From Mobula hypostoma (taxonomy: Eukaryota), in NCBI RefSeq assembly GCF_963921235.1, contig NC_086097.1:132930001-132994000 (forward strand): DNA of 64,000 nt. The letters run 5' to 3'. This document shows, one piece after another, positions 51,090 through 62,570 of this stretch. A model generated the notes under the pieces. That model was not told where the DNA came from, ran no database searches, and saw only the letters and a program-made list of their open reading frames with translations. Position 1 is the stretch's first letter. Each line of letters begins with the position of its first letter. A program made the translations under genes and the position numbers.

Positions 51090-51350
51090 GAGGTTGGCAG
51101 CACACAGGGTCCAGCAAGTGCTGCCTCCCAGCGCCAGTGACCGTACTCAATCTTGTCTGTGTGGAGTCTGCACGTTCTCCCTGTGACAACACTGATTTCA
51201 CCCAGGCACTTTGGTTTCCTCCCACAGACATGAGAGTTGTTAGGTTAATTCATGGTTGTAGATTGTCTGTCATGCAGGCAAGTGATAGAATATGAGTGGG
51301 GTGGGGACATGTGGAGAGAAACAAAAATGGATTCAGCATAAATGCATGCA
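51090..51350 (+). mobile_element. HE1/V-SINE-like element
   Basis: gctgcctcccagcgccag..tgtctgtgtggagtctgcacgttctccctgtgac..ggtttcctcccaca; related copy at about 55485-55610. Confidence 0.65.
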
Positions 51351-52841
51351 TGATATTTTCTGCTGATTCAGGGGACTGCATAACTCTACGAGCATCCTCA
51401 GACTTCTGGGATAGAGACAGTCCCAAATATTTAGGATGCTCTGCTGACAGAAGTGCTCCGCATCTCAGGACTAAGCTGCTGATCCATTAAATCAAAGCAT
51501 ATGCCTTATAACACCAGTCCTGCCAATCCCTCCCGGACTTCTCTTCAGGCCAATCTTCCTCATTGTTTCTTCACAGGAGAAGTCCCTCAATTCAGGGACC
51601 AATCCATAGGAGCCAAAGCAACTCTAAGGCAAGTCGATTATTTTTTACTAATAGAACCTGAAACTGCCTATGACATTATGCCAATATCCACAGCAAAACT
51701 CTGAATCCTGTGTTCCAGCCCACATGATATTCATCTCACAGTCCTTGCAATTTAAAATACACTAATGCTAATTGACTCATAGGGCTGGCAAAAGAACATA
51801 ATAAAAAGATCAGATGTTCTGACCTCTACCTTTAAATTGATCTCAAGAGGCTACAAATTGGATTGAGTGTCCATTTTCAGGTGCAGTCCCTCCTCTAAAC
51901 AATGTAGTGATGTTAGAAAGCACAATTTATTTCTGCCCAAAATTACAGCCATTGGTAAATTGTCTCCGGAACCTTTGTGCATGATTCCCCTTAGTGCTTT
52001 GATGTTTCCCAGTGTCATTACCAGATGCAAATTTCATGTTTCTTCCCTCAGAAACATTAGTTGGAACTTAAAGGTACAAGCTACAAACTTCAGTCAATAG
52101 CCACAATATATTTAGGACCACATCTGTCAAAGAGTTGCTTCTATGCCTTTTTAAAGGTAAGTTCTGTTGACATCAAGCCTGACTGATGGGTTTCAGAGCT
52201 CAGTACAGGCTGCTCATACAAGGCCCAAAGTTCGCAGAGTGTTTACTTCCCCAAAAATTCTGCCAGCATTTAGTTTTTATTACAGTCAGCCAGAGGCACC
52301 ACAGAGGCTGGATAAAGTTCATCAGCAGTGATAATCATGAACCCACTGAACTGTTGTTTCAAAAAAAATCTAGTAGATGGAAATATGCCATCTTAATGAA
52401 GCCTCACTGTATCAATGATATTCCCTTTGGCTAATCAATTCCTCCCATCGCTTTCTTTGTAGGTTAAAATTACTCTTTTGTTGTCTTTCTTTTTCCTTTC
52501 TGCAAAGGGTCTCTGATCTAAAAAGGTTATTTCTTTCTCCTTCCACTGCATAACCTGCTGAGTGTTTCCCGCACATTCTCAATCAGCGTCTTTATATCCA
52601 GCATACATGCAAATGCAAACCGCACCAGAACATCTGTCTTCTCAACTATTTGAGCAAACCATTCCATCTCGCAGCAGTTAGTGACAGGTAATCAATACTG
52701 GCATATCTGGCAATGCTGGTGAAAGATTAGTAATACTACTGTGTGCTGTTATCTCATTTCCATTGCCACTTTGTTCATTACTAAAGTGTGATCACTGTAT
52801 TGATCAGTGAAACTTTATATATCGAAGAGTTTGCAAATTAA

Positions 52842-53730
52842 TACTTTCCATTTATATGGTGCCTTTCACAACCTTTTCAGAACATCCCAGTTAGTTTATA
52901 TTTATTGAAATAAATCTCCATCATAATGAAGGGAACAAGTCAGCCAACTGCATTCAGGTATCGTGCCTATAAAAGGTATTCACCACCCCCTCCCTTGGAA
53001 GTTTTCATGTTTTATTATTTTCTAACTTGGAAGCACAATGGATATAATTTGGTTTCTTTGACACTGATCAACAGGAAAAAGACCCTTGTGTTAAAGTGAA
53101 AACATCTCTACAAAGTGATCTAAATTAATTACAAAAATAGTGTTGCAAGACCTATCCACATAGCCTCAAGGCTGTAATTGCTGCCAAAGGTGCATCCACT
53201 AAATACCAACTTGAAGGGGGTGAATACTTATGCAATCAATTATTTTCTGTATTATATTTGTAATTAATTTAGATCATTTTGTAGAGATCTGTTTTCACTT
53301 TGACACGAAAGAGTCTTTTTCTGTTGATCAGTGTCAAATAAGCCAAATTAAATCACAGTGATACAATATTGTAAAACAATAAATCATGAAAACTTCCAAA
53401 GGGCATGAAAACTTTTTATAGACACTGTAGCTCCTGTATGTAAAGAAATATAATTACGAACATGTCTGTTCCCCAATGTTGAATGTTGATTGAATGACTA
53501 ACACTGTCCAGGATATAACCCCCCCCCCCCGCAACTCTTTCAAAATACTCCCATTGGATCTTCATTCATACCCAATAAAGTAGAGGGAATTCAATTTAGC
53601 AACTAACTGAATAAACAAGTCCTACACTTCCTCAACACTGCACTAAAAGTTCAAATCTACATTGTGCGCACTTGCGTCTCAAGTGGAAAATAACACACAC
53701 CATTTGAATCCAGAGTCAATGGTGCTGCCA
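52842..53730 (-). mobile_element. Ancient Deu-domain SINE (SacSINE1/AmnSINE-like), split by a Tc1 MITE
   Basis: Reverse complement resembles the Deu core (agtgcagtgttgaggaagtg..aagatccaatgggagtattttgaaagag..tcctggacagtgttag) and an L2-type tail (gtgaaaggcaccatataaatg). Confidence 0.6.
52961..53427 (+). mobile_element. Tc1-derived non-autonomous element with ~190-bp TIRs
   Basis: TA TSD (52959-60 / 53428-29); left arm ..ttggaagttttcatg..tttgacactgatcaacag..aaagtgaaaaca..gatctaaattaattacaaa mirrored on the right; central YPHSLKAVIAAKGASTKY is the Tc1 transposase C-terminus. Confidence 0.9.
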
Positions 53731-53941
53731 GAACATTTTGGAACGAACAGCCTACAATGACATGTCTCTAAACTGTTATCCCATTGGGTTCCTGTGCACT
53801 AGTACAACTTCAACCAAAATTCCTTGCACCCAAAAATGATTAATGATCTCCAACAAAACAGACTGCTTAACGCTAAAATGGATGACTGGTGTGAATGTTA
53901 CAGTATTACCATTAGCCTCACTGATCCAGTTTTAATTCAGA

Positions 53942-54259
53942 TCACATATCAGTGCTGCAATTAGATGACACAACGTCTGTTGTAGTCCGAAGTTCCTTGA
54001 CTTGATTCGGAGGAGAGGTGTTTCGGACTTTGCACCTGAATACCTGCTTGTAGGATTTCCTGAAGTTTTCTGACAGGAAGGCGTAGATGATGGGGTTGAT
54101 GGAGGAGTTGCTGTAGGCTAGGCAGTGGGCGGTTATCCTGAAGATGTAGGAGGCATTGTTCAGCGGGAAGCTGCCGAACTCTGTCCACAGAGCAATCACA
54201 TGGCTGGGGAGCCAGGAGATGCAGAAAACCACGATCACCACCAGTACCGTCTGTGTAGT
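53942..54259 (-). CDS. GALR1: Galanin receptor type 1, terminal coding exon (TM6-ECL3-TM7-helix 8-C tail)
   Basis: Translation [76 protein letters not shown]...STDM* closely matches GALR1 exon 3 as I recall it ([47 protein letters not shown]) and includes NPxxY. Preceded on the minus strand by a polypyrimidine tract plus CAG (ttgttcccctctccccag, AG at 54261-54260), phase 0. 105 codons plus stop, the same as human exon 3. Paralog (1a vs 1b) not certain. Confidence 0.92.
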   Translation of the reverse strand, partial: [105 protein letters not shown]

Positions 54260-54290
54260 CTGGGGAGAGGGGAACAAGCAAAAAAGCAAC
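54260..54290 (-). promoter_or_regulatory. 3' splice acceptor of the GALR1 last exon
   Basis: Minus strand gttgcttttttgcttgttcccctctccccAG|ACTACACAG. Confidence 0.88.
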
Positions 54291-55619
54291 ATTAGGTCAA
54301 GTCAGGGTGGGATTACTGTCATACACATAAGTGCAGTGAGGTACAGGTATAATAAAAGGTTGTTTGCTGCAGCATCACAGCCAAATGGACAATGCACAGA
54401 CATAGGCAGTATGCATAAACGATATTAGATGATGAAGAAACAAAAAGATTGCATGAAACAAAACATCAGTGCAAAGAGCAGACAATCATAGACAAAATCA
54501 AAGTTGAGTTTATTGTCCTGCGTACAAGTGCATTTATACACAGGTGTGATGTAAAACTTACCTGCAGCAGCATCACAGGCACATAGCATCAGGGACACAA
54601 CATTCACAAAGGAAACATAAGTTCAACATAATTTACATACACAAATAGGAAAAATGAAAGCTTCATTGTAGTGCAAAGTGCTTGAGTGGTCACTGAGTTT
54701 CTACACTGAGGTAGTGATTAGGATTGTACCACTGGTTCAAGAATGTCATGGTTGAAGGGAAGTATTTGCTCTTGAACCTGGTGGTGTGGGAGTTCAGGCT
54801 TCTATACCTCCTGCCCAATGGTAGCTGCAGGAAGATGGCATGTTCTGGATGAAGGGGATGTTTGACAACAGTTGCTGCCTTCTTGAGGCAGTAGCTCATT
54901 TAGAAAACACCCAAAGTGAGGAGCGATCGATCAATCATGTGTTGGACTGGATCTATTACTGTCTGCAGCTTCTTACATTGCTGCACATTTAAATAGCCAT
55001 ACCAGACTATGATGCTAGCAGTCAGATACTATGCCCATGGTAGTACAAGAGGTGTTCCTATGCTGAGAAAGCATTATGGTTGTGCAGGTCGGTTCAAGAA
55101 CCTGTTCATAACCAGGCGTCCATGCTTGCTCCCACTTTCAGCTGCATAGACCCTGTCTCCTTCATCCTGCCACTGGAAGCCATGGCTTACGTAAAGATCC
55201 ATCATACCAATGTCTGCTGATATCTCATTTGCATTGGCGTTGCTCAGTAAATATATACTAGAAAGGGTTCCAAGTAGTAACTTGCATTTGTATAGTGCCT
55301 TTCACATCTCTTTTAGGACATCCCAACTCGCTTTTCAATTTGCATTTATGCAAGATCTTTCATATGAAAAAATATTCCAAGGACTTTTCTCGAAACCCAG
55401 CTAACAAAATCCGGTCCTATTTACTGGAACTACCTCTTCTTTTAGACGCTCCTTTAGCCTCTTGCATGCTTAAACCTTTGGTAAACCGTGGCACAGTTGG
55501 TAGAGCTGCTGCCTCACATCTCCAGCTGTCAGCGTGGTGTTTGCATGTTCTGTCTGTGACTGTATCTTTCTCCTCCAGGTGCTCTCCTTTCCTCCCTACT
55601 GTAAGTTCCACCTAGAGTG

Positions 55620-56275
55620 TAGATGGAATAATACCACACTGAACAGGCTATTCAGCCTACAATGTTGTGGTAATCCTGATACCAATTTATACTAAGTTCC
55701 CTCCTCTGTTATCATCTATATCCCACCATTCCCTTCAGATTCTAAAAGCCTCTTAAACTCCACCAAACTGCTTCTGCTATGGCCCCTGGTGATCTACTCC
55801 AGGCACCTGCCAATCTCTGTGTAAAGAACTTACAATTCAGATTGCTTTTAACCCTACCCCCCACCAACCTTAAGAGAATATCCTCGGTCTTTGATACATC
55901 TGCTCTGGAGAAATGATTCTGACTGTCTACCTTCTATGTCTCTCGTAGTTTTATAAACTTCTATCAAGTCTCCCCTCAGCCTCCGACACTGTAGGGAGAA
56001 CAACCCAACATTGTCTAACCTTACTTTACGGCTCATACTCTCTAATCCAAGCAGCATCCTGGTAAACGCTGCATCCTCTCCATAGTCTTCACATCCTTCC
56101 TATACTGCACACAATACTCCAAGTGCAGTCTGACTGAATTTTTATAGACTGTAGATGCAGCATGACTTCTTTACTCTTGTACTCAACACCTCTACCAATG
56201 AAAGCAAGCATTCCATGTGCTTTCTTTACCACTTTACCCACTTGCATTGCCACTTTCAATGAGCTATGGATCTAC
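55620..56275 (-). mobile_element. CR1 3' fragment
   Basis: RLDNVGLFSLQCRRLRGDLIEVYK. Confidence 0.8.
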
Positions 56276-56319
56276 GGTTACTTATATACTTTCTCATTTC
56301 ATTTGATGGAGGCGGAGCA

Positions 56320-57072
56320 AGCTAGGTTAAGATGGCGCTAAATGGTGACTCCTTTGCTTGTATCTTTGGAAACAGCTCTATTTCCATCTTTAATATCTTT
56401 ATTTTTCCCTTTCAGGGTTCTTTTGAAGACCCTAACCTGGAATTACACGCTAACTTCGGTTCTTTGTGGGAATGGGACCTGTTCTCGGGGTTTCAGGACT
56501 GGCCGTTGTTTGGCATGCCAGGGGTTCAGCCTGAGAGTCCGGCTCGTATTTGGAAGCCTAAGGTCTCGGGGTTCTGGAGACGGGTGGATCGAGGGTCGGT
56601 GTCATGGCAGGAGACCCATGTGTCGGGATATCTGCTGTGTGCCCACAGACCCGGGATCTTTGAGATCTTGGAGAACAGAGATTGGAAAAAACAACGTAAT
56701 GGACTTATAACACCGTAAACCAGTGAGTTGTTTGCTATGTCACCCCGCTCGCTGGGAAAATGGAGACATCTTTTTCTCCTTATTAGGGAGAGAGAGAACC
56801 TGCGGTATGTTGAATGCGAGTCTTTGGGGTAACTGCAAGTCTGTGTCTTTGCTCACGCTGAGTGCTGGGTGGTGGGACCGATGCTTGCTTTTATCTTCCG
56901 GTGGGGGGAGGGGGATTGTTGCTCACTGCCACTACACTGGGAGGGAGGGGAACTGGGGGGGACTGGGGTTCATTCTTTGGGGCACTTCTCTGTTTTCATG
57001 GATGTTGGCGAAGTAAAAGCATTTCAGGATGTACATTGTATGCATTTTTCTGACATAAAATTGGACCTTTGA
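56320..57072 (+). mobile_element. ~750-bp non-autonomous retroposon
   Basis: Starts aagatggcg; homologous to 16885-17670 (minus); inserted between CR1 pieces. Confidence 0.75.
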
Positions 57073-57074
57073 AC

Positions 57075-57525
57075 CTCCCAAAGTGCAACACCTCACACTT
57101 GCCCAGATTAAACTCTATCTTCCATCTCTCTGCCCATGTCTATATCCCACTGTGTTCCTTGATAGCCCTTTGCAGTGTCCATAACTCCACCAAACTTGGT
57201 GTCATCCACAAACTTACTAATCCACTCATCTACATTTTCATCCAAATCATTATATGTATCACAAACAACAGAGGTCCCAGCATTGATCCTCGTGGAATGT
57301 CAGTGGTCATGAACCTGCAGAGAGAATATTGTCCTTCCACCTCTACACTCTCTCTTCTGTAGATGAGCCAGTTGTGAATCTGAACTTGCATTTCACCCTG
57401 GATCACATGCACTTTTATCTTCTGAATCAACCTAGCATAAGGAACCTTACTAAATCCTTACTAACATCAATGGAGATACCATCCATGCCATACCCATATC
57501 TAGCCCCTTGTCACTTCCTCAAACA
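57075..57525 (-). mobile_element. CR1 RT fragment
   Basis: IHNWL..IPRGSMLGPLLFVI; KFVDDTKFG. Confidence 0.8.
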
Positions 57526-57649
57526 AGTCAAAAGCATTGGTGTTCCTATTCCAGGCCATAATGTAGCCGGTCTACCACACATCTATAGAAGATTGTCAAA
57601 GTTTTTGATGGCATGGCGAATCTCCGAAGACTCCTAAGGAAGCAGAGGC

Positions 57650-57675
57650 TATATATATATATATATATATATATA
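57650..57675. repeat. (TA)13 microsatellite
   Basis: Direct read. Confidence 0.9.
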
Positions 57676-58180
57676 AAAGGGCAATGATACAATAGTCATG
57701 GGGGATTTCAATATGTTAGTAGATTAGGAAAATCAAGTTGGTGTGGGATTCCAAGAGGGGAAAATTCTAGAATGCCTATGAGATAGGTTTTTAGAGCAGC
57801 TCATGGTTGAGCCCACTGAGGGATCAGCTATTCTGGATTGGGTGTTGTGCAATGATTCGGAATTGATTAGAGAGCTTAAGATAAAGGGCCCTTGAGGTGA
57901 AAGTGATCATAATATGATAGAATTCATCTTGAAATTTGAGAAGGGCAAGCCAAAGTCAGGTGTATCAATGTTACAGTGGAGTAAGGAGAATTACAGAGGC
58001 ATGAGAGAGGAGCTGGCGAAAATTGATTGGAAAGGAACACTGGCAGGGATGACAGCAGAACAGCATTGGCTGGAATTTCTAGAAGCAATTTGGAAGGTAC
58101 AGGATATATATAACCCAAAGAGGAAGAAGTTTTCTAAAGGCTAGATGACACGACTGTGACTACCAAGAGAATCCAAAGCC
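57676..58180 (+). mobile_element. CR1 APE-region fragment
   Basis: IVMGDFN, SAILDWVLCN, SDHNMIEF..NYRGMREELAKIDW; homologous to 5235-5365 and 6300-6440. Confidence 0.85.
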
Positions 58181-58846
58181 CTATCACCTGTTGCCCTGCT
58201 GCTGTGGTTTCCATCCTACTTGCACTCTATCTAAACCCTCCCAAATACCCCGGCTAACCTTCCAGATAATGCTTCCCCTCCAGTGAGGTGAAACATCATA
58301 TTTGTATAGTTCCCACCTGCACCTGGAGGAGAGCCCGTATGAGGTAGAACCCCGGGAGATTTAATGAAAACGTGGGGAGAATAAACATTAGATTAGTGTT
58401 CCAAAAGAACTGCTTCATGTCCATAACTCCATCATTCTTGTTTGGGGAAGGTCTTATTTTCCATCTGAACACACCCCTGAAGTGCTTTGGGACATTTCAC
58501 CATACTGACCTTTTAGATGTTTATAAAATCATGAGGGACAGAGATACAGTGAATTTTCACAGTATTTTCCCTAGAGTAGGGGAGCTTAAAACTAGAGACT
58601 ATAGGTTTAAGATTAGGGAGGAGTGATTTAAAATGGACCTTAGCAGCAACTTCTTCACACAGAGGGCAGGGGGTATGGAGCAAGCTGCCAAAAGTGGTAG
58701 AGGCAGGTACATTAAAAGATATTCAAGCAAGTACTTGGAGAGGAAAGGGTTAACAGATTATGGACCAAAGGCAAATGGGAACAGCTCAGATAGGCACCTT
58801 GGTGGATGTGGATGAGTTGGGCCAAAAGCCTGTTTTTCATGCTGTA

Positions 58847-59343
58847 CAACAGTGGCCACTTTATTAGATACATAAGTGGAACCCAGTGTGACCTTCTGCT
58901 GTGATAGCCCACCCACATCAAGTTTTGACATGCTGTGCATTCATAGATGTTCTCCTGCCTTGGGACATTGTAACATGTGGTTATTTGAGTTACTGTCTCC
59001 TTCCTGTCAGCTTGAACCAGTCTGGCCATTCTTCTCTGATGTCCCTTATTAACAAGGCATTTTCGCCCACAGAACTGCTGCTAACTGGATTTTAAAAACT
59101 TTTTCGTAATATTCTCTGTAAATCTAGAGACTGTTGTGCATGAAAATCATAGAAGATCAGCAGTTTCTGAGATATTCAAACCACCCCTTGACTTTGCTCT
59201 GATGTTTGGTCTGAATAACAACTGAACATCTTGACCATGTCTGCATGCTTTTATACAATGAGTTACTAATGCATGATTGTCTAATTAGATATTTGATTGA
59301 CAAGCAGATGTACAGGTGTAGCTATTAAAGTGGCCACTGTGTG
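58847..59343 (-). mobile_element. Tc1-derived non-autonomous element with short TIRs
   Basis: TA-flanked cagtggccactttattag...ctattaaagtggccactg; internal RLVQADRKETVTQITT is a Tc1 transposase remnant. Confidence 0.85.
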
Positions 59344-61704
59344 TATATCTCTATTAGGGCCATAAATTGTTATCATCTTTCCACTTTCTGTCTTTTACTG
59401 TTCATAAAGTTACATTCTGCTCCTCTTCAGCCAAAATACTTTGTCCCTCTAAATAAAGGTGTCCTTTTATGTAACACCTTTAATAACTGTGAGATAGCCT
59501 AAAGCCTCTGCAATGAAGATCATTTGGAATTGAAACAATTTTGATGCATTGCAAAAAAAAATTTAATTGATTTATTATTTTAACTATAAGAATATTCATA
59601 GAGTAAGAGGCAATGACTTAGCTGCACAATATTCCATTTGAGCCTTTAAGTTGAGGGTAGTCAGACATGATAATAAGAGAGTCAATGGATCCTCTTCCAC
59701 ACAACGGAATATGATTTAGAAATGGCATGGTGACAAGGTGACAAGTGCACAATTTAATGCATATGAACTGGTTCAATAGACTGAGCATTTCTGGCAAAGA
59801 CTCAAAGAGAAAAGCCACAATAAGTCAAGTATAGGAAAAGCTTCTCACTTATGTGCTCTCTGGCTACTACTTAAAGGGGTGATCGCAGCCAGTGTTTGAT
59901 TGGTTACAATTCAGTGGTAAGGGTGACTGTTAATCCCATCAGTAAATTGCTTTGGATTAACTGTTGTCATAACCTTCCCACAAGATGCAGATGCAGAGCC
60001 AAAAGTTAAATTCAGAGTCTAAATTTAACACCTGTGATATAAGAATATTACATCCGGGGAAGAATAGTCTATTCATCAGATGGGCCCATGCTGGAGTTTA
60101 GTTTGCACCCCTATCACCTCCCACACCCTCAGCATACGTACTTAGCCCTTTCTCCCTCTCATAGCTAACTTTTAACTGCCCCCTCATATCAGAGGAAATT
60201 AGATATGCTCAATAAATTCTATGGCATACAACTGCTGTGAATGAATAGATGAAAAGATCAGGTCAGCTTTCTCTTAAACGTTTCTCTGCCAATTATCTTA
60301 ACCGCTCCATCCACATTTTCCATCAGAGTCCATTTGTCCCTCACTCTGCGCTTGGGGCTCTTTTTATCACCCAGTTAAATATTGCATCTTAAAAACTCTT
60401 TATTCACACCCTTCCATATCTTTGTAACCTATATTATGTATTTTGTTTTTTTTCTACCCCACTGTACTTGTGTATGGTAGATCTAAAAAAAATATTTTTC
60501 ACTGCGCCTCAGTACATGTGACAGCGTAGGGGCGTAAACTTCTTGCAAATAAAAGAAAAACACATGGAGCTGATACATTTCTGGCATGTTCTGCCTTTAA
60601 CTTTTAGAATTTAGAATTTTTGTTTTATTTTTGATGATTTAGTTCATCTCATTATTTGGCTTGGTATTTTGCAGAAGCACAGAATCAATATGCTTTGGTA
60701 AAAAGATTCTTTATCAACTGCAATTTTTGTTGCTGTGGTGAGCTCCACGTTTTCTGGGTAAATTCACTCCAAAAGAACTTTAATCTGCTGCAAAACACAC
60801 TGTTCTGGAGCCAAACTGAGTATAACAGGGATCTGGAAGTGAACGAGTATTGGAGGAAGTAGCTGTCATGTAAAAACATCTGAACATATACAGTGCATGA
60901 GGAGATAGGGGATAGGATTGACCTGCTCTTGGGTGGTGAGATTAGGCTAAATGGCACTTCTTCCAATGTCACAGATAAGATGGCACAAATGGCCTCTTAT
61001 GTGTAAATTTTCTCCAATTTATTGTTCTTGTGGATATATTTGGATCTTAAGGAGATATCAATGAGATAAGAGAACCTGACTACCTGGGAGCTCGGCAATT
61101 CTTTCCATTAGATATCTCCACACTGGCCCCATCCTTGCATGCAGCAAGTCTCCAGGATACTTCTAAAGCCTCTATGGATGGAAAATTTGAATACTAGTAT
61201 CCTGGAGCAATCAATCAATGAGACTCTTAATGTAATGGACTAGTCATTTTAATCTTCTTTAGGAGCAGAGAAAGTAGAAGTACAAGCAGACTGTTTGCTA
61301 AAGCCCACTCCACCATTTAGTAGGAACTTGGCTGACCCAATGTCTTAATCCCAAGTTCCATTCAGTCCTCATATCTCCTCAATTTCCTCAGTATCTAAAA
61401 ACCTAACAATTTCAGTCCTTCATATGCACAATCTCTGAGTACTCAGAGTCTCTGAGCCAGGAATTCTGCTTTTAACTTGGTCTCCATGAAGTTATTAAGA
61501 TCTGAAATAATTTTCATTTGTTGATAGTGCCTTAAATTTCAGAAGATTGTACCGCTGTAGTAGCACTTCAAGTAGCAAGTCCATTCTGTTAAACACCAGC
61601 CAACTGTCTGTCAATCTGCTTCAATTAGAATCTAAGGAGATCACCAGAGAGCTTGTTGTTAAGACAAAGCACCAAGCAGATCAAGAAGGCCAAGTTGCAC
61701 TAGC

Positions 61705-62175
61705 ACCATAGAATCATAGAGCAATACAGGAAGGATATAGGCCCTTCTGCCCAACCAGTCCATTCTCACCATGGTCCTCACCCAACTAGTCCCAATTTCC
61801 TGCATTCTATCTGCATCCCTCCAAGACCCATCCTCCCTGTACCTATCCAGGTGCTTCTTAAATAATACTGTACCTGCTCCAAACATTTCTCCCCACAGCT
61901 CATTACATATTCTTCCAACCTTCCATGTCATTAAGTTGTCCCTCAGCTCTCTTTTAATCTTTTCACCTAAGGAATCTTTTCTTCCTATTTTTGGACTCTC
62001 CTACCCTAGGAAAAATACTGTTTCCATATACCTTATTTATGCCTCTCATAATTTTAAACAATTCTGTAAGGTTGCCTTTCATTCTCCAATCTTCTAAGGA
62101 ATAAACATCCACCCCGACCAACCTTTCCCTATAACTCAGGCCTTCTAGTCCTAGCAACACCCTCATAAATTCTTT
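61705..62175 (-). mobile_element. CR1 3' fragment
   Basis: GLEGLSYRERL..YSLE..RMKGNL.ELFKIMRG; FKKHLDRY. Confidence 0.8.
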
Positions 62176-62289
62176 ATGCATTCTTTCAAAGGTCTAAAGG
62201 TTCGTTTATTATCAAAGTATACAACTCCAAAATTCTTCAATTCTCTGAGTAGCCATGAATCCAAGAAAGAAATGAAAGGCAATATGATC

Positions 62290-62570
62290 ATCAACCCACA
62301 AACCTCACCTCCCTGCAAAAAAAAAATGAACAAAATCGGAACAGGCACATCATCATCCAAGCCCCTCCTCCTGCACAAAAACTGAGCAAAATAGATCAGG
62401 CACATCAACACCCAAATCCCTCCTCTTGCACAAAAAAAAATGAACAAAACAGATCAGGTACATCGACACCCAAATCTCTCTCCCACACAAAGGCAAACAA
62501 AATGGATCAGGCACGTCAACCTTCAAAATTCCCCTCCTTGCACAAAAAGGCGAGAAGATCGGGCAAAAAA
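62290..62570. repeat. ~55-59-bp tandem array (about 5 units) inside a non-autonomous retroposon (about 62185-63020, minus)
   Basis: Unit approximates caacacccaaatccctcctcttgcacaaaaa..tgaacaaaa.agatcaggcacat. Confidence 0.8.

Noticed and set aside
54260..54292. ORF-track N-terminus MLLFCLFPSPQ
   Set aside because: It is the intron polypyrimidine tract read in frame, not protein.
55417..55480. Minus-strand ..QEAKGASKRR as a possible GALR1 exon 2 (expected about VLNHLHKKLKNMSKKSEASKKK)
   Set aside because: The following GT would be phase 1 rather than the required phase 0, and the upstream residues do not match. No convincing exon 2 was found in 54260-64000, so it probably lies beyond the window.
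62290..62570. CRISPR-like repeat-spacer array
   Set aside because: Units are contiguous diverged tandem copies without unique spacers; no cas genes; vertebrate context.
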